13,605 nucleotides of DNA, taken from assembly GCA_965233585.1 (NCBI GenBank), contig CBDDTI010000252.1:1-13605 (forward strand), read 5' to 3'. This stretch comes from a bacterium (lineage in GTDB: Bacteria; SAR324; NAC60-12). This document shows positions 1-8,536 of this stretch, one piece after another (position 1 is the first letter of the stretch; each line of letters starts with the position of its first letter). The notes beneath the pieces were generated by a model, which did no database searches, had not been told where the DNA came from, and worked only from the letters and a program-made list of their open reading frames with translations. The translations under genes and the position numbers were made by a program.

Positions 1-769
1 CGTTAGCGGTATTCTTGGATCGAACGAGCGAGTTCAATATTCGAAAAATCAATTCATTATTGCATTCTTGAAACAACTAGCGGGTTCAAGTTTCAAATAA
101 TCAGTTCATTAATGCAATCTTGAGGGGTATGCTTCACTTAGTTTGACTGTAAAATTTGTCTTGGATTATTGAAACTATTGCGTAATCTGAATTCTATTCA
201 TTTAGTTATGCAGCTATTTTTGATGTTTAAATCAAGGTAGAAAGATATTTTAAGATATTTTCAGTTCATGCTTTCTTGGCTGGTTATTTTTTGTTTTGTA
301 CTTGTCTAACTGTTGAAAGTGCAAAGAGTACATTATGCAATACTTATAACTTTGATTTCTAAGATGATCTTACATTATGTACACATGTAATTCATTAGGT
401 GTCTTTGTCAAAATAACAAAAGTTAAATATGTTCTTCTCTGATTATTATAACTTGCAGATTGAGGCAATTGTTCCACATTGTGTCACTTTCTAAATGATG
501 GATACAGTATGCAATCATGCAACCAACAGCAAGTGAAAATGAAGTACAACATGAACACAGTGAAGATCTCAATCAACACATGAAGAAACATTACTGGTAC
601 ATGTGGAAATCATGAACATTTATTTTAGTCAAACTATTGGTGGTCAGTTTACCTCAAGGCAACAGAAGTTTAATGCCTTTTGATGAAATGCATAACCGTG
701 GTGACGTTTGTAAACAATTACTTGAAATATGTACAATGACGAGTATCGACCATCTCGGAATGGCCTTAA

Positions 770-1397
770 GGAGGCTCGAAAGGGTTTTTAGCTGCACGCG
801 CGCGCGCAATCTACACACGCCATAACTAAGGTGCACGCGTCAGCTGAATCAGTATTAAAATCAGGATACCGGAAGTTAATGCTGCGTAAAATCGCGCGAA
901 CCGGAAATAAAATCTGCCGAAAACATTTGTTTTTAGCGCGAAAGTTTGCTCGGTGACCTATCTTGATATTTTGCATGCACGCACCACTCACGATGGCACT
1001 TCAGATATAAAAGTTTCGGGGAAAATTATCTAGTGGAATTTTCTGTAAGACATGAAACGCGTTTTTTTTTAAATATATTTAATTCTACTAGATAAATTTT
1101 TTCCATACTGTCTGAAAAGTTAAACAATTTAGGGAACTTTTCAACAAAGAAATAAAAATGGGGGGTCACCGAATTAGTTTCTCAGATAATTAAAAAAAAC
1201 TGAAATTTAGAGGACGCTTTTGTGGAGCTTGTGCGTTGCCATGGTAACTGATATGACGTCACAAGTACCCTTAAAGTATAGCCCAACAATAGAGCTGCAA
1301 GGAGACATATAGTTTGCCCACACCATTAAACATCCTTCTTTGTAATCTTCCTTCGTTTCACAAACAATATAGCAACGAAAAACCCTTACGAGCCTCC
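770..1397. mobile_element. Non-autonomous Kolobok-like DNA transposon (628 bp, TTAA TSD)
   Basis: Left end GGAGGCTCGAAAGGGTTTTT (770-789) is the inverted repeat of the right end AAAAACCCTTACGAGCCTCC (1378-1397), with 1 mismatch in 20. TTAA lies directly outside both ends (766-769, 1398-1401). A TTAA TSD with purine-purine termini fits Kolobok better than piggyBac (CCY termini). Confidence 0.88.
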
Positions 1398-2172
1398 TTA
1401 AAACTTGTAGTTGTAACCTACCCATTGAAACAGTGTGTGGGAAATGCAGACTGGTACGCTGGTTTATAATAACAACAATGACGTTTTTTTAAGAGCGCTC
1501 CCGCCTAGAAAATCTTCTGGTGTGTGGTCTACATTTGTACATGTCGTAGGTTATTCTGTGCAGAAGCCACTTACTGTCCAAATCGGACACAGTAAAACTA
1601 TAAGTCAATATGTACGATAGTACACTCACTTAAGCACGCAAATCAAGGCGTACAGTAACAAAGAAAATAGAGAAATTTTGAGTTACCTTGGTTTATTCCT
1701 TGTTATTCCTTGTTATTACATGCATCTAACAGGTTCTGTGGGTGTATATCCCGCCACACCAAATATTGAAAGAGGTGAAATTATGAAGTTTACCACTGAG
1801 TTTACAACTTCGTCTACTCGGCGGATCGGTTCGGTGTTCGTGCATGGTGTTGCACCGATGGTCAAAAGCCGCGACATGGTGCGTAACTGGTCCCAAATAT
1901 TTGAAATCGTTTGTTCCACCGGAGATTTCCATGCACAGAATGAAGTTGTTTACTTTGTTTACATCCGCAATTCTTTTCTATCGAGAAGATTGGAAACGTT
2001 TTGTTCGTTTTAATGCAGCCAGAAAAGACGTTGAAAAAGTTAAACTGTGGAGGACTGGCGCATGGCTCAGTGTTGAAGGGTACTCGGTGGAGCCGCCAGA
2101 GCGAGAGATCCACAAAATTTTGACCAATCGCCACCATGCTGGATGCCAAAAATTTTTGACGAGTGGAGTATA

Positions 2173-2870
2173 CTACCGAAACAGGTAGACTGTTTTTCCG
2201 GAGATGCATGAAGCCGCAGGTGAATGTTTCGCTCACGTGCTGATAAGGTCACATGCAAAACGCACATGAGCACATTCTTTGGTGCTCCTCGGAGATGCAT
2301 TGCCTCGTTTCAAACCGTGAAGGTCTAGGTACGAGTCTGTAAATTATGGGATTAGCAACTATTGATTCACATAGTCAGAAAGAGCACACCGAGATTCACA
2401 AGATTCCTAAGTTTGGTGTTAATCAGGCTAGTTTTCACTGAGATACAGCCATTTGAAAATGTCAAAATTTACAAAGAAATGTGTTCATGCGTCTTCATAA
2501 TTTTGCAAACGATAAAAGGGAGACTACCATACAATTCATCAATCTTGTTCTAACCTGGCAATCCGGACGCTGTCCGACACGGCGTCCGGATGCCATACAT
2601 TTCTTTGTAAATTTTGACGTTTTTAAATCGCTGTATCTCAGTGAAAACTAGCCTGATTAACACCAAACTTAGGAATCTTGTGAATCTCGGTGTGCTCTTT
2701 CTGACTATGTGAATCAATAGTTGCTAATCCCATAATTTACAGACTCGTACCCAGAACTTCACGGTTTGAAACCAGGCAATGAAGCCGATGAAGGTGAATG
2801 TTTCGGTCACGTGCTAATATGGTCACGTGCGAAACGCACGTGAGCACATTCTTTGGCGCTCCTCCTTGCA
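2173..2870. mobile_element. One end of a TA-flanked TIR element (same family as 8537-8954) with a ~91-bp internal tandem duplication; right boundary not determined
   Basis: TA|CTACCGAAACAGGTAGACTGTTTTT at 2171-2197 is identical to the end at 8535-8561. The internal motif AAAACGCACATGAGCACATTC matches the reverse complement of ~8846-8866. The unit starting CGGAGATGCAT at 2199 repeats at 2290, where it is interrupted by the 2301-2778 element and resumes at 2781 to ~2863. Confidence 0.75.
2301..2778. mobile_element. Foldback MITE (478 bp) with ~180-bp arms and a 2-bp AT target duplication
   Basis: 2301-2482 (TGCCTCGTTTCAAACCGTGAAG...AAAGAAATGT) is the near-perfect reverse complement of 2597-2778. 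AT flanks both ends (2299-2300, 2779-2780). The uninterrupted paralogous site at 2201-2216 reads GAGATGC-AT-GAAGCC. Confidence 0.92.
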
Positions 2871-2959
2871 TACGGCTTGCGCGCGGGAAATTTAAATCGA
2901 CCAATCAGGATTCAGCAGGCGGGAAAAAATTTACATTCCTTACGTCAATGTAAGTTGAC

Positions 2960-3245
2960 TAGCCTGCACGCAGGCGGTTGGATGCTCGAAAAAACCGGAA
3001 TTCGTGTGGTCGAAAAAATCGGAATTCGTAATGAGGTCGTCATCTTGGATTCGCGCGGTTAGGTCTGGGCCCGGTTGAGGGTTGACAAAGCGAGCGAGGG
3101 GAAGGGGGCGCTCGCTTTGTCAACCCTCAACCCGGCCCAGACCTAACCGCGCGAATCCAAGATGGCGACCTCATTACGAATTCCGATTTTTTCGACCACA
3201 CGAATTCCGGTTTTTTCGAGCATCCAACCGCCTGCGTGCAGGCTA
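2960..3245. mobile_element. Palindromic MITE (286 bp), TAG...CTA termini, 9-bp TSD; Academ(H)-like
   Basis: Arms 2960-3096 and 3109-3245 (137 bp each, 2 mismatches seen) surround the 12-nt all-purine loop AGGGGAAGGGGG. A perfect direct repeat TAAGTTGAC lies at 2951-2959 and 3246-3254. TAG termini with a 9-bp TSD match the AcademH description; Mutator is the alternative. Confidence 0.92.
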
Positions 3246-3618
3246 TAAGTTGACAGGAAAGGCATTGAAATCAGGCAATTTTTCTCTTTGGAGATGGCAT
3301 GAAATATTCACGAAAGGGGATTTATAATTTCCAAAACCATATCACATTGTAAAAAGTGAAAAATATAAAACATTTTGTGTCTCCAACTTCTAATTTGGCG
3401 CCAAAAATGGTAGTTCCTCCAATGTCACCAGGTGACATTAAAGTTGTCTTATTTTGAACAAAATATGCCATTCGTCGTCAAATTAAGTCCGGAATTCTCT
3501 AGTTAATTATTAGAAGAGGCCAAAGAAAAAGGCTATTATTTTGCCGTTTCCGTAGGACAGTTAATTTTTGACTGCCGCTCGTACTGCGGGCTCAGTCGCC
3601 GTATACAAGGCTATGTTC

Positions 3619-3730
3619 GGGGGGCGTTCCATTCGACCAAAATTCCCGGTTTGAATTTCCGAAATCTTCGTATGTCGAATGGAACGGTATTTTCCACTAG
3701 GCCGGACCGATCTCGTTCTTTTACCGCTTT
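3619..3730. repeat. Probable truncated PIF/Harbinger-type MITE end
   Basis: GGGGGCGTTCCATTCGAC start, with the internal inverted copy GTCGAATGGAACG at ~3675-3687. It resembles a MITE terminus I recall from coral genomes. No partner end or TSD was found. Confidence 0.45.
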
Positions 3731-4269
3731 AGCACATTCTCACCGGGCATTTGAAATTTTGGAAAATTTTTGTTCAAATTCCCTCCCTCATTGGGCCGAA
3801 AAGCTGTTCAAATGCCCCCACCCCCGGGAAAATTAACAGATTACTGTTTTAACTTTCAGTAGCTTTTATTATGCTTCTGAAGCTGTGCATGTAAACATCA
3901 TGGTTTATTAATTAGACAACACATATTTATATACTTTAAATACTAGTGTATCTAAAAGATAGTAATGCTGCGTCACATTTTGTTAATAGCCTGATATTAT
4001 TTGCATTGAACAGAACAGCGTAGAGGCATTTTTTTGCACATGCCACGCAGAAAAATGTGAGTAACTGCTGGTATGCGTCTGCTTTGCGTGTACGCAAATC
4101 GCAAAATGGCAGTGGTTTTAACAAATTTTTCGGCGATGTTTCCCTTTGTAACTTGTGTAAAAGAGTCAGAAAATCAATCAAATGGTTTTGTGGAGTCTCA
4201 TAGAAAGTCCCAACCAAGTCCGTTTCCGAAGGTCAAGGCCTAACCAAACGCTTCTAGACTTGATAATTT

Positions 4270-4320
4270 GGTTTTATCAACTGAGTTATAATGTGAATTG
4301 GCCACCGTAAAGAGATTGAA
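4270..4320. repeat. Short interspersed repeat fragment, possibly Penelope-like
   Basis: TTGGTTTTATCAACTGAGTTATAATGTGAATTGGCCACCGTAAAGAG resembles an abundant cnidarian Penelope-associated repeat. Recognised from memory only. Confidence 0.35.
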
Positions 4321-4769
4321 TGGAATTGTTAGAACACGGATGAAGGAATGTTAGTGAAGGATGCGTAATATTCGAGGTTTTTCCTGGGTTATAAACGTTT
4401 CTTATTGCTTCCACTATTAGTGCAGTTACCGGTGTTAATCCTTGGGCAATTGTGTCAAATTGAATCAGAAAATAAAATATTGCACAAGTTTATTGACATG
4501 ACCACAGAAAACTTCAATGTCGAGTTAAGAAAAGTCATATGTATGGTCAATGTAATTACCAGGGCTCTGTTCAAGACTACGGTTGGGAATGGACCGAGGG
4601 ATTTGGCGGTAATTAAGTAGGCAGTTTCCACAAAAAATGTTTTGCAAAAGTAGAAAAAAATTCCAGAGTCACTTGTAAAGAAGCAAGTACTTTAATTTAT
4701 AAGCACTCGATCTTGTCTTATTAACGGGCCTTCACTGGCACCCAGAGGCCCTTCATAATTCATGTGTTC

Positions 4770-4853
4770 CTTTTTTTTTTTTTTTTGCTCGACCGACGCT
4801 GACCGACTGACCCACCTTCACAAGAGGGAGGGCGATGGGAAACGAAACATTTT
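4770..4853. repeat. Poly-T tract plus truncated MITE-like end (CGACCGAC repeats)
   Basis: T run at ~4770-4786, then CGACCGAC/GACCGACTGACCCACC and GAGGGAGGGCGATGGGAAACGAAAC. It resembles a recalled coral MITE subterminal region and stops just before the 4866 boundary. Confidence 0.35.
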
Positions 4854-4871
4854 GAGTCAGCTATATATCGA

Positions 4872-4949
4872 TTGCATAATGATGGTGCAATAGTTCTGAT
4901 GTCACACCTAATAATAGCTGGTTGTTGCACAGTGATGGTGCAATAGTTC
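4872..4949 (+). repeat. Pair of 25-bp direct repeats upstream of the OB-fold gene
   Basis: TTGCATAATGATGGTGCAATAGTTC (4872-4896) and TTGCACAGTGATGGTGCAATAGTTC (4925-4949); 23/25 identical, period 53 bp. Confidence 0.85.
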
Positions 4950-5108
4950 GATTAAATTTGCTGACTAGGAATTACTGAAAGGGTTTATATGTAGCTCACG
5001 TATCATGCTGTTGAACAGTACAGTGAAGAATTCGAATAACGCGAATTGTGACAGGTGAATTGATTGCAATTGTCGTGTATCAGTCCATAGCAGTATCTTA
5101 CTGTGAAT

Positions 5109-7607
5109 ATGTCGAAAGGTAAGGGACGGAAGACTGGGCAAGTACTTAAAATAGACCATGTTTTTATTATTTATTTTTTCTGTTGCAGAGAAAAAAGACG
5201 TTGGAAGAAGCAAAAGTCTAAGGAAGACTACTAGCACCGTGGAGGAAAAATTGTCAAATGCAGGTTCGTTGTTTATTTTTAAGAAAAGAAGATAAACGGT
5301 AGAAATAGCAGCAATCCTGAGAGAAAAATGATAAAAATAGTAACCTTTGCTACTGTCTCGCTAGGTAACGAAAAGGGACAAACTAACCAACAGCAAATCT
5401 TTAGTGCCAACGTCGAAAACTCTCATGGTGAAACAGGAACAACAAAATCTATAGGTGAGTAAAATATTGTCTGTCGGTCGATAGTTTGTGAATTATTAAA
5501 TCTTCCGTTCACACTTATTATCTTTTCGCTTTTTGAAATAAGTTTTTTGGTTGCTCGATCGATGTTGTAGCTAAACCTTTCCATTATTGCAATAAATAAC
5601 TTGTGAAAAATCTTTATTGGGATATCGTTATCAGTAGCCTCAAATGCGAGCAAATTAAGGTCGTTATCTCAGTCGAATGTAACAACTTTGCCATTTCTTC
5701 TAATCATAGATAAAAAGAAAATTGAAGGAGAGAAAGATGGGGAACTGAAAGGGTGTGATGCGGGATCTTTGAGCGGAGAAAGCTCTAAATCATTGTCTGA
5801 AGGTATAATATATGTTATTATCTATGTCTTAACACTGAATGTGACATCAGAAATCACCGTTTAGCAACTGAAGTACTCTGGGAATTTCACTAGATGTGCC
5901 TGCAGGAATGGTGGAGCATATACCTAACTTGAAGCGGGTTCTCCTTTACATGAGAATGGAATGGGGAATTACACGCTTGGGCCGGGTTGTTCAAAGCCCG
6001 ATTTAGGTAACCCAGGGTTACAGAGAATTTTGATTTCAGTTTTGTAACTTTTTGGTGCGATGTCTTGTTTATATTGTTTGCCCTTCAGTTTCGAGCTGTG
6101 GTAATCTCAAACTACACCAAACATTAGAGATGAAAAACATTTTTGAACAAGAAAACATAATGCTTCAGTTAACGTTTAACCCTGGGTTAACGTTAACCGG
6201 CTTTTGAACAACCCGACCATGATCAATAAGACAGCTGTGGGATGATGATGATGATGATGCGCCAAAATGCGCCAGGAAATAGTGATTTAAGTAAATAATG
6301 CTAAGTATTAAAGTAATAACTCAATCCGCTGATCGTCCTGGAAAGAGAGCGGGCAGCGTGAAACAATTGAGCTCGATTTTTTCGAGACAAATGGTTAAAA
6401 GATGAAAAACTGTCACCACTTTAAACATCCAGGTTTTAAAACAGCGAGTGAAAGAATGATATGAAATCTTCTCATTCTTTTTTCTTTTGTAGAATCTACA
6501 AGTGAATGTCAAAATAAAGAGTTTGATGAAGATGAAAAAGGATGTGACCACCTAAAGAAAGTTCCGATCTGTGGATATGTTCACGACACTTCACCAGTGA
6601 AGCCGAGCCGAAGTAATTATACATATTTCAACTTTAAGTTTCAAACTGCAAATGGTTTTTGCGATGGAGTTTGCTTTGATAAAAGTCTTTATAATCAGGT
6701 GAAGCAAAAAGACGAAACCCAGAAGAGTGTTAGACTCTCCAACTATTCATTAAAGCGGTCATTGCATAATAATGATATGGCAATTGTCGTTAGTAAACGG
6801 ACTAAAATTGAGAGCGTTTCACAGTGCCCATTTGATCACAAGGCACCTCCAAAACGATTTACAAAAATCCGTGAAATCGATGGTATTTCAGATTTCACTT
6901 TAGTTTCAGTTATCGGGAAAGTGCATATCACATCAGAGCAGAGTGAAGTTAAAGTTCAGGAGCGGTCAGTGATGAAGTTAGATTGTAATATAGCAGACGA
7001 CACTAGTGCAATTAAACTCACTTTATGGGACAAAAACATCCCGTTAGTCCAAGAAGGCGAGGTATACGAAATTGTCAATGCAAGGGTTCGTTCATACCAA
7101 GGAGAGAAATATTTATCAAGTAATTTTGACACCATTATTATTACAGTGAAATCGGATGCTCGGAACATGAGATTTGTTTCTCAGCTAATGGAAAATGAAG
7201 AGTCTATTTCAGAGAATACTGTAATTGTCAGTCGAATTGGTGGGGTGCAAGAAATTCAACGTTATGCAGTTTGCAACAGTTGTCGCCGTAAACTGGGCAA
7301 TCTCCAGTCAGATCTAAGTGTTTGTGATTCTTGCGGTTTAAGTCAAATTAAGACAGCTGCAGATCAAACACACTTCAGTGTAGGGATTTTTATTGGGGGA
7401 GAACATAAGGTTCTTTTAAGGGTTCTTCAAGATCAAGTGGAGTCTTTCATTAAGTTGTATAATGCACAAGCAGAGTCGTGTAACAAAATATTTGTAGAAA
7501 GTCTCACAAATTCTGAGATTATTGATGCATTTTTGGCAGCGCGCGACTTGAAAATAACATTCAACACTAAAAGTAAACTGGTATCTTCGATTTTGTACAG
7601 CAAATAA
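5109..7607 (+). CDS. Five-exon gene, 460 aa, RPA70-like multi-OB-fold ssDNA-binding protein with C4 zinc ribbon; join(5109..5118,5189..5263,5365..5454,5710..5802,6493..7607)
   Basis: All four introns are GT..AG (GTAAGG/TTGCAG, GTTCGT/CGCTAG, GTGAGT/TCATAG, GTATAA/TTGTAG) and phase 1, with pyrimidine-rich acceptors. Exon lengths 10+75+90+93+1115=1383 nt give one stop-free frame: MSKEKKDVGRSKSLRKTTSTVEEKLSNAGNEKGQ...SLSEESTSECQNKEFDEDEKGCDHLKKVPICGYVHDTSPVKPSRS... An in-frame TAG lies just upstream of ATG 5109. Confidence 0.8.
5980..6218. mobile_element. PIF/Harbinger-like MITE (239 bp) in intron 4
   Basis: GGCCGGGTTGTTCAAA (5980-5995) versus TTTGAACAACCCGACC (6203-6218), 15/16 inverted match. 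Subterminal quasi-palindromes TAACCCAGGGTTA and TAACCCTGGGTTA. The 3-bp flanks TTG/ATG are an imperfect TSD. Confidence 0.8.
6241..6259. repeat. (GAT)6 microsatellite
   Basis: GATGATGATGATGATGATG read directly; intronic. Confidence 0.9.
6493..7607 (+). CDS. Terminal exon: three predicted OB folds (RPA/SSB-like), the third with a C-x2-C-x13-C-x2-C zinc ribbon
   Basis: Contains the 336-aa ORF 6597..7607, and the frame stays open back to the acceptor at 6491-6492. The middle domain has the RPA/archaeal-SSB OB pattern: VSVIGKV...NIADDTSAIKLTLWD...VQEGEVYEIVNARVRSYQGEKYLS. YAVCNSCRRKL...CDSCG (7272-7334) resembles the C-x4-C-x13-C-x2-C finger of RPA70 DBD-C. Confidence 0.9.
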
Positions 7608-8112
7608 GTTAAAGTAAGATTGCTTGTTGTTTCATTGACATTAAAGTTTTAGCTGTAAGAGCCGTAGGAAGCCAACTGGAAAAGTGAAGAGCTTACCTGG
7701 CAAAAAATCTTCAGCATAAAATTTATCTTGTTGTGTATGAGTAGTACTGAAGAGAAGTGGTTTTTTTGGTATTTTTCACTATAAATAACAATTTCAGGCT
7801 TCGACGTGTCGAAAAAAATCTAAAGTTATTAACCAGTATGCTGTCCATTCATTTGAAATATCTAAAAGCAGTTGTAGTTGAAAACGTTATCAGTTTGCAG
7901 CGTAAAGAAATGGAAACATATATTAGCTTTTTGTTGAATATGACTTTGTTGAAATTACAACTTATTCGAAACTTGCTGCTATAAGATATGTGTACAGTAA
8001 GTTAGAAGAATGATTTGTAGAATATCAAATGTTATTTTTCTACTGGAAACTGTTATTTTTTTGAGGGCATAAAAATATTTATCGGTGAAAAATACTGTAA
8101 TGTTAAAGATTG

Positions 8113-8118
8113 AATAAA
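8113..8118 (+). promoter_or_regulatory. Candidate polyadenylation signal for the OB-fold gene
   Basis: AATAAA ~500 nt after the stop, at the end of an AT-rich tract and followed by TG/T-rich sequence. An alternative ATTAAA lies at ~7640. Confidence 0.4.
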
Positions 8119-8536
8119 TTGTTGAAAATTGTCTTTATGTTGAATATGTACAGCTCGGTGATCAACTCTAAACAAATGCGTTAAGTGGGAAGTCGAAGAG
8201 GTGAAACAAAATGGATAGTTACAAACAACCATTCTGGGAATACCATCAGCATCCTAGGCATTTCATGTCGCACAGTTTGAAGTGGCTACATGCTACAAAT
8301 GTATTGCAAAGATAACAGAGAATCGTGGCTATTCGGGAAACTAGTAAAGCTTGCTCGAGAGATAAGATATGCCATGCTCCGTTCCATTCTTGTGATTCCT
8401 CATTGCTCTTAACTGATTTTTTCTTGGAAACTTCCCTACTTTTCTTGTTATTTACTTGTGGATACGCGAAGCGTTGAATCAATAATAAGTTACTGCAAAT
8501 TAGTCGTTTGCTCAAGTAATTTATGACTAATCGATA

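Larger units (their letters stand above)
4866..8536 (+). mobile_element. Candidate 3.7-kb element carrying the OB-fold gene, with short imperfect terminal inverted repeats
   Basis: Left TATCGATTGCATAA (4866-4879) versus the reverse complement of the right end 8521-8536, TATCGATTAGTCATAA: 8 identical terminal bases, then an alignment with two 1-nt gaps. Subterminal 25-bp direct repeats lie on the left and a potential stem-loop on the right (~8497-8522). Boundaries are inferred from a single copy. Confidence 0.35.

Noticed and set aside
637..1470. Possible exon split by the 770-1397 Kolobok-like insertion
   Set aside because: Joining the flanks at TTAA gives only short open frames on either strand, with no recognisable similarity.
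1678..2300. Cluster of overlapping 67-124 aa ORFs on both strands
   Set aside because: No recognisable motif (I checked for a THAP-like Cys pattern and found none), no consistent splice structure, and several run into a TIR.
2853..3327. ORFs 2853..3062 and 3082..3327
   Set aside because: They run through a GC-rich palindromic MITE, use non-ATG starts and have no recognisable domain.
4405..4620. 71-aa ORF upstream of the OB-fold gene as a partner gene
   Set aside because: TTG start, no motif, and stops interrupt the frames nearby. No Rep, helicase or recombinase signature was seen.
4872..4949. CRISPR-like repeat-spacer-repeat
   Set aside because: Only two repeats, no cas genes, and a eukaryotic intron-containing context.
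6597..7607. Naming the gene RPA1/RFA1 or a prokaryotic ssb, with a GTG start at 6597
   Set aside because: The frame extends upstream to a splice acceptor. The protein lacks a DBD-F-like N-terminus and I see no close RPA1 similarity, so orthology is unsupported.
7757..7984. 75-aa ORF downstream of the OB-fold gene
   Set aside because: AT-rich with a GTG start; it lies in the probable 3'UTR.
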